Shown here one piece after another: positions 50,812 through 64,000 of a stretch of 64,000 bases of DNA. A program made the translations under genes and the position numbers. Each line of letters opens with the position of its first letter. Position 1 is the first letter of the stretch. The notes beneath the pieces are model-generated. The model had not been told where the DNA came from. It did not search any database and was given only the letters and a program-made list of their open reading frames with translations. Origin of the DNA: the human T2T-CHM13v2.0 reference genome, Homo sapiens; the NCBI RefSeq assembly GCF_009914755.1, contig NC_060931.1; one strand, given 5' to 3'.

Positions 50812-52266
50812 GAACAAGGACCCAAAATGGCCAAAACAGTCTTCAAAAGAATGTAAGAAAACTTACATTTCCTGATTTCAAGTTACTACAAGGCCATAGC
50901 AATTACTACAGTGTGGTACTGGCACAAGGACAGTCATAGAAATCAACAGAATAGAACTGAGTTCCAGAAATAAACCCACACATCTTCGGTCAACTGATTT
51001 TCCACAAAAGTACCAAGACCATTCAATGGAGAAAAAAGAGTCTTTTCAACAAACAGTGCTGGGAAAATTGGATAGCCACGTGCAAAAGAATATTACATTT
51101 TAGATGCTTACTTCATACCACGTATAAAAATTAACTCAGAATCAATCAAAGACCTAAATGTAAAAGCTAAAACTAAAGCTCCCAGAAGAAAATATAGAGG
51201 TAAAATCTTCATACTGAATTTGACAAAGGGTTTTGTTGACTGGAGTTGACAAAGCAGGAGCAACAAAAGACAGATAAATTGTACTCTCACAAAATTTTAA
51301 TCTTTGTGCTTCAGAGGACCTTATCAAGTGAAAATAGAACCCACAGAATGAAAGAAAATATTTGCAAGTCATTTATGTAATAAGGAACTCGTAACCAGAA
51401 TATATAAAGAATTCTTATAACTCAATAATAAAAAAGTAAGTAACAATTGTTTCAGCAGGTAAAAGATCTGAATGGACATTTCTCCAGAAAGATAGGAAAA
51501 CAGTCATGAGTATGTGAAAAGATGTTCCACATCATCAGTCATCAAGGAAATGCAAAATGAAACCACAATGAGATGCCACTTCACATCCAGTAGGATGACT
51601 AGAACCAAAAAGTCAGAAATAACAAGTGTTGGGAAGGATGTGGGGAAACTGGAACCCTCATACATTGCTTGTAGAAATGTAAAATGGTACAGCCATTGTG
51701 GAGAAGTCTGGCAGTTTCTCAAATGATTAAACAATATTACCATAGAAACCAGCAATTTCACTCCCAGACTAAGAGAAATAAAAACGTGTCCACAGAGAAA
51801 CATGTACATGAATGTTTATATCAGCATTATCCGTAATAGTCCAAGAGCAGAAACAACCCAAATGTACATCAGATGATGAATTAATAAACAAAATGTCATA
51901 TATCCATAAAATGGAATATTACTTGGTCATAAAAAGGAATGAAGTACTGATATATGCTACAACATGGTGAACCCTGAAAACATGCTAAGTGAGAGATGCC
52001 AGTTATAAAAGACCACCCGTTATATGATTCCATTCATCTGAACATCCATACCAGGGAAATCTAGAGACAGAAAATAGACTGGTGGTCACTGAGCACTAAG
52101 AGGGGAGAGGATGGGAATAAAGGGGATAGAGAAAGGGCATGGGTTTCTTTTTGAGATAATGAAAATGTTCTAAAGTTGACTGTGGTAATGGTTGTCACTT
52201 AATTGTGTACTTTAAACAGAGAATTGTATGGTATGTGAATTATACCTCAATAAAGCTCTCTTTTTA
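50812..52266 (+). mobile_element. 5'-truncated L1MB-like element inserted in an MLT1E-like LTR (halves at ~50660-50811 and ~52270-52608)
   Basis: Continuous ORF2 3' part and 3' UTR ending TATACCTCAATAAAGCT; TSD-like AAAACGCAGAAGAG / AAAAACAGAAGAG; MLT1 motifs (GGAGATTATCCTAGATTATC, CTAGAAGCTGAGAATGAC) on both sides. Confidence 0.85.
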
Positions 52267-53596
52267 AAAAACAGAAGAGACAGAATGTGAAGTTAGAGAG
52301 AGTCAAAGCACTACTGATGGTTTTGAAGCTGGAGACTAAAAGCCAAGAAATTTGAGTGGCTTCTAGAAGCTGAGAATGACTTCTGGCTGACAGATAGCAA
52401 AGAAATGAGGACCTCAGACCTTCACTACATGAAAATGAATTCTGCCGACATGAGTGTGTGTGGAAGGAGACTCTCCCTATCACCTCCAAATAAAAACCCA
52501 GGCTGGCCGGTGCTTAATTCTGACCTCCTGAGGTCCTCAGCAGAATACCCAGTGGAGCCTGCTTGGACCTCAAATCTACAGAACTTTGAGATAATAAACG
52601 AGTGCTATGGACTAGGGGCGATGGCTCACGCCTGTATTCCCAGTACTTAGGAAGGCTGAAGTAGGACGACTGATTGAGGCTAGGAATTTGAGGTTGCAGC
52701 GAGCTATGACTGCACCACTGAACTCCAGCATGGGCAACAGAGACCTTGTCTTTTAAAAAAATAAAAAATAAATGAACGTTGTTTTAAACTGCTATCCTTT
52801 CCACTTCCCCCTTTGTTGGGAGAGCCTTTGCACATGCTGTTCCAATGTGAGGAATGCCATGCTCCTTGCTGTCCAGGTGGTGGTTTCTTTCTCATTGTTT
52901 AGATCTAAGCTTTCATGGCAGACTGTGAGAGGCCTTCCCTAGCCTATGTGAAATATTACCTACCCCAACCTACCCAACCCTCTCCTGTCCTGGGCCAAAT
53001 GCCGCTTCTCCATGTCCTATTTCTTATTATTCTTTGGGAGGGGTAGAGGCAGGGTCTCACAAGGTAGCCCAGGCTGGTCTTTAACTTCTTTAACTTCTCA
53101 CAGATGTGAGCCACCATGCCTGGCCTTCGTGTGCTATTTCTTTCTCTTTTCCTTTTTTTTTTTTTTGAGACAGGGTCTCACTCTGTCACCTAGGCTGGAG
53201 TGCAGTGGTGCAATCATGGGCTCACTGCACGCGACCTACCCAAGCTCAAGCGATCCTCTAGCCTCAGCCTCTTGAATAGCTGGGACTACCGGCCTGTGGC
53301 ACCACACCTGGCTAAGTTTTGAATTTTTTGTAGAGACAGGGTTTCGCCATATTGACCAGGCTGATCTCAAATTCCTGGCCTCAAGTGATCCACCCACCTT
53401 GGCCTCCCAAAGTGCTGGGATTACAGACATGTGCCACTACACCCAGCCTCCATGTCTTATTTCTAATAAATATTTTTTATTTACTTATTTACCTGTTGGT
53501 CTGTCTCCCTCACTGCCAGAATGCAATTTGCTGAGGACAGAGACCTTATGTTCCTTCTCTACTGTTACATTTCTAGTGACTCAAATAGTATCAATG

Positions 53597-54710
<1,114 letters not shown>

Positions 54711-57032
54711 ATAGCCGAGCATATCACAGGTTCTCAAATCTTTGTTGAAAGAATAACTGAATGAGTAAGGTTATTGTAGAGACTATAGAATAACATGGCT
54801 ATAGAGCAATGATACACACTAAATGCATAATAAATACAAAAATCCCTTCCCCCGGGGCCAGGTGCAATGGTTCACGCCTATAATCCCAGCACTTTGGGAG
54901 GCGAAGGTGGGAGGATGGCTTGGAGCCAAGCGTTCAAGACCAGCCTGGGCAACATAGCAAGACCCTGTCTCTATTATTTAAAAATGTTTAAAAATCTCTT
55001 CCCCTCGTGAGTGATTAGCAATTACGTTAAAATTACACATGCTGGCCAGCCATGGTGGTTCTTAAGGCTCTGGATGCAAACCACTTTCATCTCAGAAAAG
55101 CAAAACCAAAACACTTTGCAGATGTGAGTAGTTTCCCTCTATCCTTCTTGAGCGGGCCCTGCTTCATATTCCTGGGTTCAATGTCATGCCCTCAGAGGTC
55201 ACTCCTATCTCCAGGCAACTCATCTGGGACTTACACCAAATATCCAATCAATTCTAGCAAAATGATAAGCTATCCATTGACCGCAGTTAATAAAACAGGT
55301 GATTTTTTTCCCTTAAATTTGTTTTTTTTTTCTAGTTAAAGAAGAATACTCATTATTTTACAAAACCAGATATATATAGACAAGTAAAAAAAATGTTTTA
55401 GTCATAGAGTCACTGTATATGGTACATATTCTTATAGTGTTCCCTTGCACTCATTCAACAAATATTTATATACTGTTTGATTACTGAATGACAGGCACTT
55501 AGGATACAAATATAAGTAAAAATAAATCATTTCAGTCCTTGTGGAGCTTACCGTGTAATATGAGAAATATGACTATATATCTGGAAGGCCTAAAGAAAAT
55601 AAAACCCTGTTACTGCTGAGAAATTAACTTTAAAATGGCTTTCATAAAAGAATTCATATTTATGTGAAATAAGCTAAACAGGTACATGAAATCTGTGGAA
55701 CTCTTGTAACAGACAAACAATAACAAGTTAGAAAGTATAAAAAGAGGTATCAGTCAAAATAGCATGAATATGTAAAGACATGGAAAATATTTTAATGAGA
55801 AAATTATAATCCACATAAAAATACTGAGATATACTTAATGCAATGAGCGAAAATAAAATGTTATAACCATGTCAAACATTCCAAAAGGTGTAAGTTTACT
55901 ACGAATGGCAATAAAAATCCCACAAGACTTTTTGGAACTCAACAAGATGATTCTGTCAGCAAAAATAAACACTCAATTATTTTTTGATTTTCTAAATTAA
56001 TTTTCTGAATTTTTATTTGCAAACTAGTTAGAAGACTGTAAACTCAAGAACAGACCTGTCAAACAAACCACTACAGGACAGACTCAAAAATGAATCTAAT
56101 ATAATATATAAGGTAATTTAATGTTAGAAGAAGGAGGGGAAGGGGAAATTTTCAATAAATAGTGTTGCAATAACTGGTCAGCAATCTGATACCCCCTACA
56201 TTAATTACAGGTATCTTTAAAAAGTTAAAGTTTTTAGAGACAAACAGAAAATAGAAAGAACTAAAATGAAGAATTCATGAAAGTTCTAAAGAGGTGAGGG
56301 TTATCTAAGGTTACAAACTGCAGGGAAGTCAAAACGGAAACAAAACTTAAAATACATAAACTGAAACATCTAGCTAGTTCTTAATAGGCTATCTGTAGCC
56401 AAAACATAAAAGCAAATAAGGGACTAGAAAAAAAATCTGAAGTAAACAGGACAATGAGGTATTTTATTAAATTCAGAAATAGTACTAACAAAATTTATAA
56501 ACCTTTGATAGCCAAGCAGGACAAGGTTATGAGCAGGCCATGACCTTGAGCAGACCGCAAAATGTGAGCAGTTTGCTAGAAACAGAAACGGAATGCCAAA
56601 GGGTATGTGCATTTAAAATTCTGACATATACCAAACTGGTCTGACAAAAAGGCTATACTCTTTACATTCCCACCTACAGTGTACGAGAGAATCTGGTCTC
56701 CCATAACCTCATAAGCATAGCATTGTCGAACTTTAATTTTTGTCAATCTGACAGGCAAACAAAAAAAAATCATTTAACGTGCTTTTCCCTAAGGTTAGCC
56801 ACCTTTACAGATATTTATTTATGCCATTCTCCAGACTAATAGCTCAAAATTACATACAAGATTATCTGGCTACCGTAGCCTACTTTGTACCATTCTCTAT
56901 GCCCTCGCCCAGGGAAGCAGCACAAATGGTCAATTTATTCAATAAGTCACTGACCAAAAATTATTTCTCTTAACTCCACTAAAGTAACAGCAACCTGCAA
57001 TACCTGAGGTGGTCTCTGTTAAAGGCATTTCT

Positions 57033-57352
57033 TTACTTTTTTTTTCCTTTTTTTTTTTTTTTTGACATAGGGTCTTGCTCTATAATCCAGGCGAGAGTGC
57101 AGTGGCATGATCACAGCTCACTGTAGCCATGACCGCCCAGGCTCAAGTGATCCTCCCCACTTCAGCTTCCCAAGTAGCTGGGACTACAGGTGTGCACCAG
57201 CATCTCTGGCTAAATTTTTTTGTTGTTCTTTTTTGTAGAGACAGGATCTCGCTATATTGCCCAGGCTGATCTTGAACTCCTGGCCTTAAGCAATCCTCCC
57301 ACCTTGGCCACCCAAAGTGCTGGGATTACAGGCATGAGCCAATGCACTCAGC
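57033..57352 (-). mobile_element. AluJ-like element whose 5' flank received the large retrocopy
   Basis: AluJ-type wording (ATCACAGCTCACTG, GCTCAAGTGATCCTCC, CTCGCTATATTGCCCAGG). Confidence 0.85.
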
Positions 57353-59615
57353 TCAGTTTTTTTTTTTTGGGGGGGGCGTTCAGCGGTATATTTTATTTCT
57401 TTAGAACATCAGGTGCAGAGCTGTTTACATCTTTCAAAAACATCAACTCTTCTTTTTGACGACAAAATGGTGAATAAATTAAATTCAGAACTACAGTTTG
57501 TGAAGACACATGACATTTATGATTCATGAAATAGAAGTCATGTACTGCTAAAATAAAGTTTCAACTGAGAAATACAGATTTAATTAAAACTGTGCCCTAT
57601 TCAGTGTTTGAATCCCTACTACGAAAATCAACTGTACAATGATTACTGAGTAATCATCTCAAATATAACTTCAGGTGCTGTTTAATGTCACCTTACAGCA
57701 GAGTTCTTAGACTCAGGTGTGCATGGGTACAATATTGGAAATTTGTCCAAAATGTAGAAACCCTGAGGCCTGGTGTGAGAAACACAGCCTTAGAGTTCTG
57801 GAAGGTCACTGAGAAACCATCACTTCTCCTCATGCCAAGGAATGAAGGACTAATGCATAGAACATAAAGGTACATAAAAACATACATGTCTTTGTTGTGT
57901 TACCAACACAATTATTGCATTTGAACTCTTATGCATTCAAACCTTAGACTAAATTACAAAGTGACTCTAAGCATTTCGTAATTTTCTACAAATGTTGATA
58001 GTGCAGGCCTGTCTACTATTTTTAACTCAGAAGGGAGTTCCATGGAGTTTAGCCCAGTATTTTGGAGCTAGAAGAGAGGATCGGTCATTGAGTCCAATAC
58101 TCTACAGGTCAGAAAATGAAGGAGAGAGGGGTCACCCGTGCTCCTTTGGTCAAAGACTTCAGTTGAAGGGTCAAAGAGAATCCAGGCCATCTCCTGACTC
58201 GGGATTCTTTCAAGTTAGCAAATATGTGATGTTTTCATTACTCAGGAAAAGTGTATAGAACTACTTTCAAAAATATTTTAGGGACAATACACTAGAAGTG
58301 TTATCAAGAGATAAATTGCTTTGTAGTTAAAAAGTGAAAACTACAGCCTAAATGAAAGGAAGGGAGAATAAAAGGAAAATTGTATTTTTTTCAGCTGTCA
58401 TTATAAAAGTGATGTTGCCCCCATTTACCAATGAAAAGACACTGAGGGCCACAGTGTCCCTCTGAGACCCTCTTTCCAGGGTCACATAGCTGAAATATGT
58501 GGCCAAAACAGTATCTTTCCCAAGGCTTATAACTGTAGGCCCTTGTACTACACTGTGCTATATCTGGTAGGAAAGAATATAGATACACAAACTAAAAAAC
58601 ATCACTTATTTTAAAACTCTTGTTATTTCATGAAATGGCAGACCATAATGATTTGGTGTGGACATTAAACAAAAAGAGTTTATACGCCTCATTAAGATAA
58701 TTTTCTGGAGCTTTGAATCCATCGTTTATACATAATGTGTTCAGTATATTTTGTTTAGCCACAAAATCACAATTGTTAAATCTTTAATTACTGAAATATG
58801 AAGTTATGCAATTTATTTTTGAAAGCTGTGTATGCTACTCACCAGATTTTTGTTCTTTAAAAAATATTTTGTTTTGCAATTTTCCAAATACAGTAGACCC
58901 ACAGTGCATATAGCAATCGTAAGACTTTATCAACCTCTGGTTTCTGAACTCACATCCAACATTCATTACTTTCCTCTATTGAAATTATTCCCCACTAGTG
59001 GAGTTTTTTTTTCTTTCTAGTGCAATGACATGTTACAGCATACCATCTGATTGTTTGTGAAATCAATTATTTAAATTAATTCAGGAAAAGTGCATGGAAC
59101 TACTTTCAAACATCTTTTAGGGACAATTCACTAGAATGGCCCCTAAAACCAGTTATAAGATAAAACCAGGAATTGGATAACAATGATGGACAATATTGCC
59201 ATTGTCATCCAAATCTTGGTTTTATCTTATAACTTAATTCAGAATGTTATTTGATGCCTACTTAATGGCTAGGGTTGCTATGTTTCTTAAATACTCATAT
59301 TGTATTTCTAATGGTAATACCATAAATCTAAGCCTGGATCTTTCTTTTTACAACTGATATAAAGTGCATTATGATATTTTAACTGCTATTTACCTTCCTC
59401 AGAGAACTGCTGACTTTTCTATGCTGCATAAATATTTCTTATTTTAAGGTAATTTGTAATCTAATATTTTGAAGATTCCAAATACATATTTGAAAATAAT
59501 ATTTTCCTGGATTCTAAGTTGCAATAGGTTGAATTAACTCAAAGAAAACAACTTTCCATATGCAATAAGCTATTTGATTATCTGATTATCAACACCAAGG
59601 GAAAAATAGCGTTAA

Positions 59616-59931
<316 letters not shown>

Positions 59932-60022
59932 ACTAATGGCTGTTTTTTAAACGCTTTTTTGTATGTTGACTTCAATATGGGTTTGTTTGAAATTGTGCTG
60001 TTTCACATGTCAGATACAATAA

Positions 60023-60452
<430 letters not shown>

Positions 60453-61589
60453 CTCTCTCTTTTATTTAAAAGGATAGGCACAGCCTTTGGAACTGAATGT
60501 CTTTCTTCAGGCCTCACAATAGAAAATGAGGAAAGTCCATTCTGACAACTGGCTGCCTTAAGAAACAGAATTTGGGATTCTTTCCCTTCCAGCTCCTGTT
60601 GAGTCAAAGGCAAAGGCAATAACCCAATAAATGTGGTGAGACAGTAAATGGAAACTGACATAAACATAGCAATAAAAGCCTACTTCCTTCTTGACAATCA
60701 ACATATAATGGAATGGGTATGATTTTACACCATAAAAGATCAGAGAATAACAGAATTTGGGCTGAAGAAAGTTTAGAAAGAAGACACAACATTTTCTATA
60801 CCTTTTGATTTTCAAAACGATTTTTAAGATTTGTCGAGAGTATTTGTTTTCAATTGTTTCAGTGAGGCTCAGTTTGACCACATGTAACCAAAATAGAGAA
60901 TTTCATGGAGGATGGTCACAGGATTGGCTTAGAAATGTAATCCTGTGAGCTGTCCCATTTTATAAAGGATAAGGTTCCAATGGCTGCACCGAATGTTCCT
61001 CCTTTCAAAGAGGCTGGGCCGAGATGAGCTCCCAGCAGCTAGAGCATTTTTAGTCCATCTTGGTCTCTCACCTCTGCCTCCTGCTCAGCTGTCTGAATGC
61101 CAGACGGCTGTGCAGCCCAAAGCAGCCCACTCCGTTTTAAACTTGCTCAGTTTGCAATCAGGTAACCCGCTACTGACAACAGAACCCTCAAGGCCTGTTT
61201 ATATGCGGTTCTCAGGTTTAGGTCTAGGGAAGTATCCAGGAAGCTTAGTGTTCAGGGAGGAATTCATTTTGCTTTTGCTAATCAAAGAGACACAAAAGCA
61301 CAGCTGAGTCCCGAAGCTGGCACATGGGAAATCGAGGTACCACTGTCCCCTCACCAGAGCACGCAACAATCACTTGGGGAGCGGGGAATAGGTCCCCACC
61401 TTCCCCAAGCCTGGGGCACCCTTCCTCCCACGGCCCCAGCTGGTGGTGGTCTCAACACCACGCTCAGTGCAGAGTCACACGCCAGAGCTGGAAAGGGGAG
61501 GTCCAGCCCCAAGTAAAGCGACAGAGTAAGGGCACAGTGGTGGCCAAGGGCTGTCCCCTAACCCCAGTTCCGAAAGACAGTGTGGAAGG

Positions 61590-62185
61590 TCCGTCAGCAC
61601 GGCAGCCCTTGAAGCACTCTGCTGGTCCGGCCGCGGACCCTCCCCTGCGCGCCCCCACCTGTTGTGAAGCTCCCCAACCTCCGTCTTGCCCAAATGCTTT
61701 GGAAACTGCCAAAGGACACTCAGAGGCCAGGGAGTGTGACAGGCAAGCACAAATATGCAAAAGAGATGGCACCAACATAGCAGGCACGCAGGGCCGGCGC
61801 TCGCAGGGGTCGGGGATCTGGAGCCAGGCCCCCGCCGCCGTGGCTGCGCCAGTGGTGCCAAGACCCAGCAGGCAGCACCGGCGCATGCCAGGCACCGAGT
61901 CTGCAAAAGGGGCCCTGAGCCAGCGGCCAGACACCTCGCAGACTGCGGGAAGCAATCGTGGCGGCCGCCTCCCCGGGGCTCCACGGCGGACCCGCCGCCT
62001 GCCGCGGCCATCCCCGGCCCGCTCCTGCCAGGCCCCCGACCAGACACCCAGAGGCACCTGCTCTGCGCAGCCACGCAGCCCGGCTGCATGAAGCCCGGCA
62101 TGGTGCCCCGGCCTGCCAAGCCAGCCACGGCGTGGGAAACCGCCGCCCACCAAGGCAAGGGCAGGAAGAAGACAGCGGCGGCCTC
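61590..62185. promoter_or_regulatory. CpG-island-like GC-rich segment (5' end of the putative retrocopy)
   Basis: Many intact CpGs (GGCCGCGG, GCGGCCGC, GGCGGCGG) in an otherwise CpG-depleted window. GC and CpG ratios judged by eye only. Confidence 0.6.
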
Positions 62186-62460
62186 AGCTCAATATTTTTT
62201 TCTCAAAGGCATATCATAGTTTTAGCTTTGCTGCAGCCATTTCATCCATAATCACTTGCTGTGGCTGGGTAAAGTGATACACACGTACACACACATGCGC
62301 ACACTGGTTTAGAGAAATAGAAAACGCAATGCCTAGACATGAAATGTATTTATTTAGATTTGTTAGATGGTGCAAATAAATATTTGTGTTATGCTCTAAG
62401 CTTTTAAGAAGCCTCTTGTATCTAAAATATAAGACACATATGTAAATGACATCCAACTGA

Positions 62461-62631
<171 letters not shown>

Positions 62632-62871
62632 TAAATAATAAAAGCCAGAAGATAATTTGACAGTGCTGAAAGATTCTAAAGTATGATGGCTTTAAAAAAA
62701 AAAAAAGCTGAAAGAAAAAACCTGCTCACCTAGCATCCAGTGCTAAGTAGCTGTTTCCTTTAAAAACTGATGGCAAAGGTCTGGCACAGTGGCTCCTGCC
62801 TGTAATTCCATCACTTTGGGAGCCCCAGGTGAACAGATCACGAGGTCAGGAGATTGAGACCATCCTGGCTA

Positions 62872-63404
<533 letters not shown>

Positions 63405-63537
63405 TCAGATGAGAAAAAAACATTGTTATGGGAAGACATCCACGGGAAGAAATACCAGGGGGAGCTCTTCAAACTGAACAGAAAATTACCCTACCCCAAC
63501 TGAAACACAGAGATGCAGAGGGAGCCTGGCCCAAAAT

Positions 63538-63635
63538 ACAACTTTTATATCCACTGGGTAACACAAAAATGTGTGTGACTCACTTTACTGCAGTGGTGCG
63601 GAACCAAACCTGTAATATCTTCAAAGCATGCCTGT
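63538..63635 (+). mobile_element. Tigger1-like transposon 3' end
   Basis: TTTTATATCCACTGGGTAACACAAAAATGTGTGTGACTCACTTTACTGCAGTGGTGCGGAACCAAACCTGTAATATCTTCAAAGCATGCCTG(TA). Confidence 0.75.
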
Positions 63636-64000
63636 AATATTTTACAGCAGCCCTGGGGAAAAAATATGCCATCCAATAAGAATTGTTGAAAACTCTACAA
63701 ATAATTAGAAGAAATGAGTTTTCCACAAATTTACATCGAACTATGGCTTCACAGCATCACTCGTTCTTTACAAATAGGGCAATCATACACCCCCGTTAGC
63801 AAGCAACAGTCCTGGCCTAAAAGCACCCACTTTGATTCTCAAAAGTGACCTACTTTGGATAATAAATTGCATGATCATCCTATGTATGAACCCAATTAGA
63901 ATACCCTTCTGTCTGTTCATCTTCGAATCCTACCCTGTTCAAGGATCAAGTGACATCTGACTCCATCTTCCCCACTGACAGGATAATTTTCTCTCCAGTT

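Noticed and set aside
61324-62091. 255-aa plus-strand ORF
   Set aside because: Antisense to the inferred retrocopy, P/A/R/G-rich as expected from GC content, and no recognisable domain.

Overview
Primate (very probably human) euchromatic DNA, very rich in Alu, with old L1, L2, MaLR/ERV LTR and DNA-transposon fragments. I find no intact protein-coding gene; most entries in the ORF track are Alu or L1 read-throughs. The non-repeat content is a minus-strand mosaic typical of a segmental duplication. (1) An unprocessed RABGEF1 (Rabex-5) pseudogene: the first three coding exons at 43464-43659, 40096-40258 and 29199-29362, no visible copy of the next exon, and the following exon split by a 198-bp insertion (19911-20238). 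(2) Three consecutive GTF2I exons from I-repeat 4 (12708-12890, 11374-11432, 10916-10990), downstream in the same orientation, with intact splice sites but stop codons. (3) A GRPEL1 processed pseudogene (24391-24926) cut off by an opposite-strand U13 snoRNA retrocopy. (4) The most unusual element: a ~4.8-kb minus-strand insertion (57357-62182) with a poly(A) tail, AATAAA and a candidate target-site duplication. It has a CpG-rich 5' end, no recognisable protein, a 56-nt internal repeat and a 35-bp hairpin, and looks like a retrocopy of an unidentified, possibly non-coding, transcript. Both parent genes lie at 7q11, so a chromosome 7-derived duplication block is likely, but I cannot say which paralogous copy this is. 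Parent-gene comparisons rely on recalled protein sequences, and repeat subfamily names are by eye.
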